A stretch of DNA of 64,000 nucleotides, taken from positions 199,385 through 263,384 of the forward strand of contig JBMFRB010000003.1 of the NCBI GenBank assembly GCA_049968255.1. Reading direction: 5' to 3'. The translations under genes were made by a program, and so were the position numbers. Positions 39,004 through 47,786 of the stretch are shown here, piece by piece (positions within the stretch are counted from its first letter, which is position 1; every line of letters starts with the position of its first letter). Under the pieces are notes generated by a model, which saw only the letters and a list, made by a program, of their open reading frames with translations, searched no databases and was not told where the DNA came from. Origin of the DNA: Candidatus Sumerlaeaceae bacterium. Lineage in GTDB: Bacteria > Sumerlaeota > Sumerlaeia > Sumerlaeales > Sumerlaeaceae.

Positions 39004-40280
39004 TGCACGTCGTTTTTCCGAAAGCGCATAATCAGCTCGGCACCGTAAACGTAGCGATGGTCGAGGTACGTGCAATCCAGCGCTTCGACTTCCTCTTTCA
39101 GCGACGCGAATGTGTAGTGCGTGATGTGTTCGTCAGCATAGCCGCCGGGGTGCACCGCCCCGTAGATTTTCTCAATGGTGGTCCACCATGTGGCATAGTC
39201 GGGTGTGCCGACAACCACGATGCCACCAGGCCGCACCACCCGCACGACTTCACTGAGAATTTTCGGGTCGCGTGGCAAGTGCTCAATGACCTGAGAAAAA
39301 ATCACTGCGTCGTAGGATTCGGAAGCAAAGGGCAAGTCAAAGACGCTTGCCCTCACAAGACCGCCGCTGCGCCCCCGCTTGTGGCGGAGTTTGTTGAGGC
39401 GAATGTCGCAACCATCGGCCTGGGGCAAGCCCTCGAGCACTTGGCTCGATCCGCATCCGATATCCAGCACACGCGGACAATCCCGCACCATTTCCACAAG
39501 CGCGTGATAACGCCAGCGTTGCCACGAGCGCTGAAACCAGATCCGGCTATGGAAGGCGCGCTCGTCATAGTCTGCGCAGTCAATCGAGTTTCGCAGCTGC
39601 CACAGCGGGTAGAGGGTTGTCAGGTAACCTTGCGCCATCTGCCAAAACGTGAAATCTGGCCGCCGCGAGAGAGGAAAATAGTGCAAGGGGACTTCGGCGA
39701 GGCGAAAACCCGCAGCGTAGCTTCGCACAAGGATTTCGAGAAGGACAGAAAACCCTTCATGCTCGAACGAGACTTCATCAAACACCCGCCGCCTGTAAAG
39801 GCGAAAGCTCGAAGATAAATCGCGAACAGGAAAATCAAGAACCCAGCCAATGAACCGATTGGCCCAACGGGCTGCTGTGGACCGTAGCCAGTTTCCATTG
39901 TCGTAACCGCACTCAACGAATCGCGACGCGACAACGAGGTCAGCTTCGGTGCGCCTGTGGAAGAGCTCTGGGATGATAAAGGGGCTATGGGCAAGGCCTG
40001 TTTCCATCGTGAGGATCCACTCCCCCCCCGCAAGCCGCAGAGCTTCACGCAGCGAGTCGCCGTAGTTGCCAGGGTAACGATAGGTTTGAGACGCGAAAGG
40101 CTCTAGCGCCTGCTCAACGCTGGGCTGCCCCGTTGCAGGCAAAGTCGCGATGACTTCCCAGCGCGTGCCCTCAGGAAGGCGCGCACACGCAAGAGGAAGT
40201 CGTTCGAGTAGGCGGCGCGCAGCGCCAGCATCTGGAACGTATGGAAGAACAATGCTGAGATCGAATTGATGTGTTATCAT
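39000..40280 (-). CDS. Fusion protein: GT2 (DPM1/ArnC-like) glycosyltransferase-like domain plus class I SAM-dependent methyltransferase
   Basis: N-terminal LSIVLPY..., ...ADLVVASRF, ...SSSFRLYRRRVF (GT2_DPM1-like). Canonical DxD appears as ETG (TMETGL). C-terminal VLDIGCGSS motif I and VVRPGGIVVV of class I MTases. Confidence 0.7.
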   Translation of the reverse strand: MITHQFDLSIVLPYVPDAGAARRLLERLPLACARLPEGTRWEVIATLPATGQPSVEQALEPFASQTYRYPGNYGDSLREALRLAGGEWILTMETGLAHSPFIIPELFHRRTEADLVVASRFVECGYDNGNWLRSTAARWANRFIGWVLDFPVRDLSSSFRLYRRRVFDEVSFEHEGFSVLLEILVRSYAAGFRLAEVPLHYFPLSRRPDFTFWQMAQGYLTTLYPLWQLRNSIDCADYDERAFHSRIWFQRSWQRWRYHALVEMVRDCPRVLDIGCGSSQVLEGLPQADGCDIRLNKLRHKRGRSGGLVRASVFDLPFASESYDAVIFSQVIEHLPRDPKILSEVVRVVRPGGIVVVGTPDYATWWTTIEKIYGAVHPGGYADEHITHYTFASLKEEVEALDCTYLDHRYVYGAELIMRFRKNDVH

Positions 40281-40649
40281 CGCGCAAAATCACAGTTTTT
40301 AGGATAAGCTGCATGCTCCCACGTTGAAAAAGCGCACGCTCATGAGCAAGGCCCAAAAACAGAATGTGCTTCAACCTGTGCCGGTAAGCGGCGGGGAGGA
40401 TTTCGTCCACTGGCGCAGGGCTAGCACCTGCCGCACCTATGACGAAAAGCAACCGCATGAGCGCCACGAAGGACGGACCATGTGTGAGGTGCCCAAGGCA
40501 ACTCTCCCTCACGCTCTTTATCGGGGCAATTGCCCAATGATTTGGGAACGAAGTCCTCACGGCGCTGAGCTCTCATTTCTCGCACGCAGGAAGAGATGGA
40601 CTGGTAAGCCCCGTCTCCCACGATGGACGATGTGCGGCCTGAGGACTTC

Positions 40650-41840
40650 CTATGTTTGTTGCAGCGGCCCTGCAAGAGCGGCAGGCAGATCCACGCGGAA
40701 AATTGTCCCCTGCTCTGCTGAACTTTCGAAAGAGACATGCCCCTCAAGATACTTCTCCGCAAAAAGCTTTATCGAGTAAGTTCCCAAACCGCGACCAGTT
40801 CCTTTCGTGCTATAAGAACGTTGGAAAATCTGAAGCTGGACTTCGTGCGGGATCATTCCCGGATTATGCACCTCAAAGCGCACGCCGCCGTTATGGCGCA
40901 AGCAGCGCAAAGTCACCGTCTGGCCCTCGCCGATTGCTTCAAGTCCATTTTTCACCATATTCTCGATCACGCGCGAGAGAAGAGTTTTGTCCGTGACGAT
41001 TTCGACGTCTTCGCTCTGCGGATCGATCACGATGGTACGTCCCTGTGCCACCGGATGCAGGCGATAAGTCTCAGCAATCTCATGAATCAGCGCCCGCGCC
41101 GACACTTGCGCGGGGAACACTTCCAAATCCCCGCGCTCCGCTGCGCTGAGCAATTGCTGACCGCGAATTTCCTGAATAAGGCGCGACGTCAGCCGGACAA
41201 TCCGCATGCGCACCTCCTCGAGTTCCTCCGGCGTGATCTCACCAAGGTACTCGCTAAAGCCATGAATTGCGCCAGCGAGATTCAACAGATCGTGGAAGAA
41301 CAGGCGTTCGAGCGCCGCACGTCGTTTTTCGTGTGTGATATCGGAGAGAGCAAAAATAGAAAAGTGTTGGCCCGCGATTGAGATCGGCTTGGTCCAAACA
41401 CGAAACTCCAGTGCATCTTTTGTCGAGCGCAAGATGCGGCACTCCTCGGTCATTTCCTGGCCGTAAAGGCTACCGACGATAGCCTTCATTGCGCCACATG
41501 TCCGGCAAAATTCGGTTGTGCCACACCCTTGCGGCGCTTCCGTAGCGTGGATGCAGTTGAAGACCTCTCCCGGTCGCAAACCGCAAAAATCGTCGGGGCT
41601 CTGGCAGCCAAGGACCTTGAACAATCGCCTGTTCGCGAACACGATTTGCCGCTTGTCGTTGAGCACAAGAATAATGTTTGGCACAGCATCCAGAAAGGTG
41701 CGCAGCAGCGGCACATTCTCGAAAATCGCCTTCGCCTGAGCTATCTCTTGGAGCGTTGACCGCTTGCCCGGGAGGCAATTCTTTGGCAAAAGAGAAGCGC
41801 TCAGCCATGTCGGAGCGGCGGATTCATTTGGTCTTGTCAT
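40650..41840 (-). CDS. Cytoplasmic sensor histidine kinase with Cys-rich PAS domain
   Basis: H-box HDLLNLAGAIHGFSEYL, HATPase_c N/G boxes (MVKNGLEAIG, STKGTGRGLGTYSIKLF). No TM segments. PAS-like N-terminal region containing six Cys. Confidence 0.8.
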   Translation of the reverse strand: MTRPNESAAPTWLSASLLPKNCLPGKRSTLQEIAQAKAIFENVPLLRTFLDAVPNIILVLNDKRQIVFANRRLFKVLGCQSPDDFCGLRPGEVFNCIHATEAPQGCGTTEFCRTCGAMKAIVGSLYGQEMTEECRILRSTKDALEFRVWTKPISIAGQHFSIFALSDITHEKRRAALERLFFHDLLNLAGAIHGFSEYLGEITPEELEEVRMRIVRLTSRLIQEIRGQQLLSAAERGDLEVFPAQVSARALIHEIAETYRLHPVAQGRTIVIDPQSEDVEIVTDKTLLSRVIENMVKNGLEAIGEGQTVTLRCLRHNGGVRFEVHNPGMIPHEVQLQIFQRSYSTKGTGRGLGTYSIKLFAEKYLEGHVSFESSAEQGTIFRVDLPAALAGPLQQT

Positions 41841-42263
41841 CTTGTCGCAAAGGCTAGCATGAGGCGATAGACGACTTCCAGCTGAAAATGAATAGAGAGT
41901 TGGCCCGCGCCTCGAAACCGCCCGTGAAGAACTATCCTCTTGTGGCCAGGCTAGTGCACTGGAATCGCTGACTTCATTTTCGCGGCAGTGAGCAGCTCAA
42001 AATGTGCACGTGTACGTCGTCACCAAATCCCCGGGGCTGAGGGGAAGTCCTAAGCGAAAAAACTCACGATGATATCGGGTGAAGGTGGGCAAGAGTCGAC
42101 CCGCCTACTAGTTGGGATCTCGGCTGGGCGCGGACAGCTCTTCGCATGACGGGCAAAGGGCTCTGTGCGCCGTGGATAGGTGCAAAAACTGCGCACACGA
42201 GCGGCGCGGCGGGGCGTTGTGCCCCTTTTCACCTAGGGAGGAAGCTTAGCGTGGCCGGCGGGC

Positions 42264-44771
42264 TTATTCAACTCCTCCAGCTTCGTCTGCCACGACGTCA
42301 AAATGAATGATGCTGGCTCGCCCCCTCTCATCCACGCATCGCAATTCATGGCGTCCCACTTCGGGCAGCCACGAAAGAGGCGCGCCCGCGGCTTGGACAC
42401 CTACAAGCTCGCCATCAAGCAACCAGTAGAGCCTCGATGTGACGGCATCGCACACCGCCTCGAACTTGATTTTTTGGAATTCGCGCTCTCGGAACGAAGC
42501 GAGAACAAACGTCTCGCCGTCGTGCGGCGCCACGATTTGCGGCGGGTGCCCTTGACGCATGGTCGGGCAGCCGGCGTAGTGCGGCGGCAGGCCCTCAAGC
42601 TTTCCTTGCGCCCGCAACCAGCTCGCGACGGCAGGGGACCAATCCGTAGCGATGATCTCTTTTAGTCGCCGTCCGGCCATGCAGCGCGGGCACACGAGAG
42701 TGAGTGTCTCGCACTCCACAAGCAATTTCTTGTGAGTCCGGCAGACATGGGCGGCTCCGGAGGATGTGAATTGCTTGCTGAGCTTGGCAGAGTGCGTCGT
42801 GGGGCAGAGCTCGCACGCAAGGTCGCCGGATTGATCACAAATGACCACCTGTTCAACTTCCTGGGGTGGACGTGGCCACTCTGGCGATTGGGCATACTTT
42901 TTAGCCAGCTCGTTGATGATCTTCAGCGCAACCGGCGCAGCCACTCGGCCTCCCACAAGCGCCGGACTCGGTTTCCCATCGAAGTTGCCAAACCAGACCC
43001 CCACCGTAACATGCGCGTTGTAGGCAAGCGTCCACGCGTCGCGGTACCCATTGCTTGTCCCTGTTTTCCATGCCACGCTGTGGATCCCGCGTAGCTCCGG
43101 ACTCACTTCTTGCACGTCACGCAGCCGTTCGTCACAGAGAATAGAATTAACATAGTAGCATGTGTCCTTGCTCAGAAGACGCACGGGTGCGCTCGTTGGC
43201 GAGTCTTTAGGCGTCAGAAGGCGTTCGCGAGCCTGCCGCAGGTTCCATTGGCGCGCCGCTGCAAAGAGCAGTGGTTCGTCGTGCCCCGGCGGATAAACCA
43301 GTCGATAGGGGCGCCACACGCCCCCGCGTGCCAGCATGGCATAGGCATTAGCCAATTCGAGCAAGCGCACGCTGCATGTGCCTACGGCAAGCGTCAAGCC
43401 GAGCTCTCCGTCGCGTGGCATCATCCGCCGCACTCCCGCCGCGTCCAAGAATTCGAGCACGGCGGCCGGTCCGATGCGCTCGAGCACCTGCATCGCGGGC
43501 ACGTTGAGCGACCAGGCAAGGGCCCGATCCAGGGGCACGAGCCCCCGCCACTGGAGATCATAATTATGTGGATCGTAATTTGTGAAGAGCCCGGGCACAT
43601 CGGCCAGCATGCTCGTTGGCCACACGACGTTGCGTTCGAGAGCGAGCGCGTAGACGAACGGCTTGAGAGTGGATCCGGGCGAACGAGGGGCGAAGGCACC
43701 GTTGACCTGACCTGAAATTGAGCGATCCCAATAGTCGGCACTTCCCACAAGGGCCAGCACGTCGCCACTTCCGTTTTCGAGCACGACAGCAGCGGCGTTT
43801 GTAACATTCTGTCCTCTCAGTTTTTCAAGTTGCTCGCGCAGCGTTCGCTCAACCGAAAGCTGCACGTCCAGATCGAGCGTTGTGTGCACACGTGGTTCTG
43901 CAGGGAAGCGTGTGTGAACCAGGTCACAAAAGTGCGGGGCATAGACCGGCGGCATCGCCGTAGAGATTTGCGGGATGTGGTGGGCCGCTCGCCGCAAATC
44001 GTCCGACGAAAGAAAACCACATTCTTTCATTCGATGGAGCACAAACAAGGCACGGCGCCGAGCCACCGTAGGGAAACGATCAGGGCGATATCGGGAAGGC
44101 GCCTGAGGGAGGCCGGCGAGCAAGGCTGCCTCGGCCGGCGAAAGCGTTCGCGCAGACTTGCCCAAGTAGCGCCACGCCGCTGCTTCGATGCCACGGATGT
44201 TGCCCCCGTAAGGTGCGTTCGTCAAATAGAGCTCAAGAATTTGCTCTTTGGTGCGGCGGCGTTCGAGCTGAAGCGCCCGCACGATTTGCCTGAACTTTCG
44301 CCACAGCGTGCGCTCGCGCGTGTCCGCGAGCCCTACGACTTGCATCGTGATTGTTGAAGCGCCGGACATAATGCGCCCGTGCGTGAGATTCTGCCAGGTT
44401 GCACGGGCCAGTGCCATCAAATCCACGCCTTTGTGGCGATAGAAGCGCCGATCTTCCGCCGCTAGCGTGGCGCGCACCACCCAGGGAGAAATTTCGCTCA
44501 GCGGCACCGCCATGCGCCACTGTTCGTCTCGCGCAAGATACGCACGCAGAAACCGACCGTGGCGATCAAACAACGTGCTAGAAACTTCTCCCGTAAAAAG
44601 GGCATCAGGGTCAAAAGGCAAAAATGCCACCAGCAACGCCAATACGAAACTAGCGGCCAACACAGCCGCTGCCACGATCACAGCGCCGCGGCTTAGAATT
44701 CTGCTCCACTGCCGGATATTTTTTGCGTGCATCTCGTCAAGCGCTTTTTTGCATTGCTTGAAAATCCTCAC
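42264..44771 (-). CDS. pbpC: Penicillin-binding protein 1C (bifunctional transglycosylase/transpeptidase)
   Basis: GT51 motifs (EDRRFYRHKGVD, GASTITMQV), transpeptidase SxxK/SxN/KTG context (SPGSTLKP, AWKTGTS), C-terminal PbpC domain. 835 aa. Confidence 0.85.
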   Translation of the reverse strand: MRIFKQCKKALDEMHAKNIRQWSRILSRGAVIVAAAVLAASFVLALLVAFLPFDPDALFTGEVSSTLFDRHGRFLRAYLARDEQWRMAVPLSEISPWVVRATLAAEDRRFYRHKGVDLMALARATWQNLTHGRIMSGASTITMQVVGLADTRERTLWRKFRQIVRALQLERRRTKEQILELYLTNAPYGGNIRGIEAAAWRYLGKSARTLSPAEAALLAGLPQAPSRYRPDRFPTVARRRALFVLHRMKECGFLSSDDLRRAAHHIPQISTAMPPVYAPHFCDLVHTRFPAEPRVHTTLDLDVQLSVERTLREQLEKLRGQNVTNAAAVVLENGSGDVLALVGSADYWDRSISGQVNGAFAPRSPGSTLKPFVYALALERNVVWPTSMLADVPGLFTNYDPHNYDLQWRGLVPLDRALAWSLNVPAMQVLERIGPAAVLEFLDAAGVRRMMPRDGELGLTLAVGTCSVRLLELANAYAMLARGGVWRPYRLVYPPGHDEPLLFAAARQWNLRQARERLLTPKDSPTSAPVRLLSKDTCYYVNSILCDERLRDVQEVSPELRGIHSVAWKTGTSNGYRDAWTLAYNAHVTVGVWFGNFDGKPSPALVGGRVAAPVALKIINELAKKYAQSPEWPRPPQEVEQVVICDQSGDLACELCPTTHSAKLSKQFTSSGAAHVCRTHKKLLVECETLTLVCPRCMAGRRLKEIIATDWSPAVASWLRAQGKLEGLPPHYAGCPTMRQGHPPQIVAPHDGETFVLASFREREFQKIKFEAVCDAVTSRLYWLLDGELVGVQAAGAPLSWLPEVGRHELRCVDERGRASIIHFDVVADEAGGVE

Positions 44772-44909
44772 ACTTCAACCCCAGGTTTTTCTAGTTAGAA
44801 GCAGGTCAGCTATTGTCGCGAAATTCCCATTGCCATATTTTAGGCTTTTAGGTTTTGAAACGATTCATGTATGGGTTGAACTGGAAGGCATCCTGATCGC
44901 GCCACTGGG

Positions 44910-47744
44910 TTGCTTAGGAAAAACGGTGCCATGGCAGATCATCGGAAGGAGGATATATTGGGTTCGGGCGCCGGCGCTCACCGCAACGAAGAGATAAGCT
45001 CCGAAGCGCCGACAGTGGAGCGTGCCACACCGGCGGACCTTGCCGCACCTGTCGAGTGGGCACGGGCTTTGCGCTCATACATCCCCACGCTGAAAATCGC
45101 CGAAGGAGGTTTCAGCGAAATTTGGGAAGCCGTGCAGGTAGAACTTGGCCGTGTGGTAGCCATCAAGCGCCTGAAGAAGCGTACGGACAAAACCGGTAAA
45201 CCCAGCCCTATCGCCCCGCGTCATATCACGATGTTTCGCCAAGAAGCAGTCGTTGCGGCGCATCTCGAACATCCAAACATCCTTCCCGTCTACGACCTCG
45301 AATACGATGCGGACGGCTTGCCATTTCTTGTCATGAAACGCGTGCGTGGCGAGCCCTGGGGCCAAGTGCTCAACCGCGATTTCGACACACTTGCTCCGCG
45401 AACATTTCTTGCCAAGCATCTGCCGATTCTTGTGGCGCTTGCGCGTGCTGTGGCCTATGCCCATTCCGAAGGCATTGTCCATCGCGACTTGAAACCCGCG
45501 CAGGTGATGATTGGGTCCTTCGGCGAAGTACTCCTCATGGACTGGGGACTTGCGATGGCCTATCCACGCCGCGTGGACGATCCCGACGCGCCACCATGGT
45601 TGCGCGACCCCAACGCCCCCATCAATCGCCCGCTCAATCCCGCGGGTACGCCCACCTACATGGCGCCCGAGCAGACTGAATCCACCGTGCACAAGCTCGG
45701 CCCCTGGACCGATGTCTATCTGCTCGGCGGCATTCTTTACCGCATTCTCACGGGCAGTCCACCGCACGTGGGCGCAGATGGCAGCAGTACCTTTAGGCTT
45801 GCCCAAGCCGGGATTGTGGAACCGCCCACACGACTTGCCCCAGGGCGGGAGATGCCACCGGAACTCGTGGAACTTGCGATGAAGGCGCTCGAGCCCAAGC
45901 CAGAACACCGCTTGCAGAGCGCGGAAGAATTTCTCCAAGCGTTGGAAGATTATCTCATAGGTGCCGACAAACAGCGCGAATCGATCCTGCTCGCCATCAG
46001 CGCTCGCGATAGGCTTGCTGATTTGCAGGCGAATTACGACACGCTGGCAAACGCCATCAACTTCCTTGAGCGCGCGCTGGTGCTCTGGCCGGATAACATG
46101 GAGGCCGCACAATGGCGGACTGAGGCGATCAAACGCTACGCGCGTCTTGCTATAACGAACAAAGACCTTAAACTGGCGCGCGTGCAAGCGGAGCGGCTGC
46201 CTGAATCCGATGAGCGGGCACAACTCCTCGACGAAATCTCGCGACTCGAGGCGATAGAAAGCCAGCGCGACGCCGAACTCGCCGTTGCGCACGAGCGCGT
46301 GCGCCAGGAGCGCAACCGCGCCGAGCACCTTGTCATTTTCCTCGTCGGCGACCTCACGCGTCAGCTCCGGCGCATCGGGCGTGTGGATATTCTCGCAGAC
46401 CTATGCCAACAAACGATCCAGTATCTGGAGAAACTTGCCACCGAGGATGAAGCGCCCGCCGTCTTGGTCGGCCGTGTCCAGGCATTTCTCAACATCGCGG
46501 ATGTGGAGTTGGCTCGTGGCGATTCCGAGCGTGCCGCCCAGGCATGCCATCGTGCGCTAGAACTGCTGGCAAAAATTCCGTCGGAGCAGATTGACCTTTT
46601 GCAGCGGGAACTGTTTCGCGCCGAGTCGTGGAGACGGCTCGGTCATATTGCCTATCTTCAAGGCAAATACGACCAAGCCAAAACGGCTTACGAATGTGGG
46701 TGCGAGGCTCTGAAAAGCGCATCCGGGGTAGCTATTCCTGTTGCGGAGAAAGAAGCTTCCATGGCCATGCTCCTCCACGGTCTGGGAATTGTGTTATGGC
46801 GGCAACGGCGCTTTGAGGAGGCACTTGCTTATCACATTGAGGCAGAAACGCTCATAACGCGCTTGTGCCGCACCTTTCCCTCGAGCGAGCCATACGTGGA
46901 GACGCATGCGTCAGTTTTGGCGACTCTCGGCAACTGTTATCGGGACCTCGGCGAGCTCGAATTCGCGATATCGGTCACACAGGAAGCTCTTCGCCTGTGG
47001 GAACGACTCTATCGCTTGGATATGGGCAACCTGTCGCGTCTCAGCAACGTGCTGTGGGTGCGAAACAATCTGGCGTTACTCCTTCTTCTCAAGGGGGATC
47101 AGAGCGGGGCCAAATCGTTGTTCCTGGCCAACCGGGATGCGGCGTCACGCCTGATCGAGCACGATCCCGAGAATCTTCAGTACGTGCGCGATCTGGGCTT
47201 CGCCCTGAGCATCGCAGGAGAGATCAGCTACATGCAGGGGGCGCTGGAGGAAGCCCGCGCCCTGCTTCAGGAAGCCTTGGTTGTCGCCAAAGAGATCCTC
47301 AGCCGAGAACCAGAATCCATTTATGCGGGCAATGGAGTTGCCCGTGCGCATGGGCAACTCGGAGAAGTCTTGCTTGCGATTGGCGATCAGCCTGCAGCCA
47401 CAGATCATCTGCGCGCGGCACGCGATAAGTCCGGCGCTATGCTTGAGCGCGCACCTGAAAACATCAACGCAGTGAAAACGTGGGTGCGCGCGACACTTTT
47501 GCTCACGCTCCTAGGCAAAGCTCCCACCACCCCGATGGAAAAATTGTACGCCGAGGTCCGCCAGTCCCTCTCCCAAATTACAGCGCCATGCGATGAACTC
47601 GATCGCTGGGATAATGAAGCCGCCTTCGCTCTGGCCTGTGGCGATCTGGATAAAGCCCGGGAGTTCATGGACAAGCTTGCCAAGCGAAACTGGTTGGCTC
47701 CCGCACTTGTCCGACTGGCCTGTGCTCAGGGCGGTCCTGCTTGA
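44910..47744 (+). CDS. Ser/Thr protein kinase with C-terminal TPR-repeat domain
   Basis: Hanks kinase subdomains (VAIKRL, HRDLKPAQVMI, DWGLA, GTPTYMAPEQ) followed by about 550 aa of TPR-like repeats. Confidence 0.8.
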   Translation: MLRKNGAMADHRKEDILGSGAGAHRNEEISSEAPTVERATPADLAAPVEWARALRSYIPTLKIAEGGFSEIWEAVQVELGRVVAIKRLKKRTDKTGKPSPIAPRHITMFRQEAVVAAHLEHPNILPVYDLEYDADGLPFLVMKRVRGEPWGQVLNRDFDTLAPRTFLAKHLPILVALARAVAYAHSEGIVHRDLKPAQVMIGSFGEVLLMDWGLAMAYPRRVDDPDAPPWLRDPNAPINRPLNPAGTPTYMAPEQTESTVHKLGPWTDVYLLGGILYRILTGSPPHVGADGSSTFRLAQAGIVEPPTRLAPGREMPPELVELAMKALEPKPEHRLQSAEEFLQALEDYLIGADKQRESILLAISARDRLADLQANYDTLANAINFLERALVLWPDNMEAAQWRTEAIKRYARLAITNKDLKLARVQAERLPESDERAQLLDEISRLEAIESQRDAELAVAHERVRQERNRAEHLVIFLVGDLTRQLRRIGRVDILADLCQQTIQYLEKLATEDEAPAVLVGRVQAFLNIADVELARGDSERAAQACHRALELLAKIPSEQIDLLQRELFRAESWRRLGHIAYLQGKYDQAKTAYECGCEALKSASGVAIPVAEKEASMAMLLHGLGIVLWRQRRFEEALAYHIEAETLITRLCRTFPSSEPYVETHASVLATLGNCYRDLGELEFAISVTQEALRLWERLYRLDMGNLSRLSNVLWVRNNLALLLLLKGDQSGAKSLFLANRDAASRLIEHDPENLQYVRDLGFALSIAGEISYMQGALEEARALLQEALVVAKEILSREPESIYAGNGVARAHGQLGEVLLAIGDQPAATDHLRAARDKSGAMLERAPENINAVKTWVRATLLLTLLGKAPTTPMEKLYAEVRQSLSQITAPCDELDRWDNEAAFALACGDLDKAREFMDKLAKRNWLAPALVRLACAQGGPA

Positions 47745-47786
47745 TTCTTTCGCGTATTCTGCAGTAAAAAACAAGGATCTCGCGAT

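Noticed and set aside
42190-42235. GGGGC-GTTGT-GCCCC-TTTT hairpin between the kinase gene and pbpC as a terminator
   Set aside because: The T-run lies on the plus strand but both flanking genes are on the minus strand. The stem is only 5 bp, so it is probably coincidental.
45075-46328. 417-codon ORF antisense to the Ser/Thr kinase gene
   Set aside because: Antisense to clear Hanks kinase/TPR coding sequence. Composition typical of a non-coding frame.
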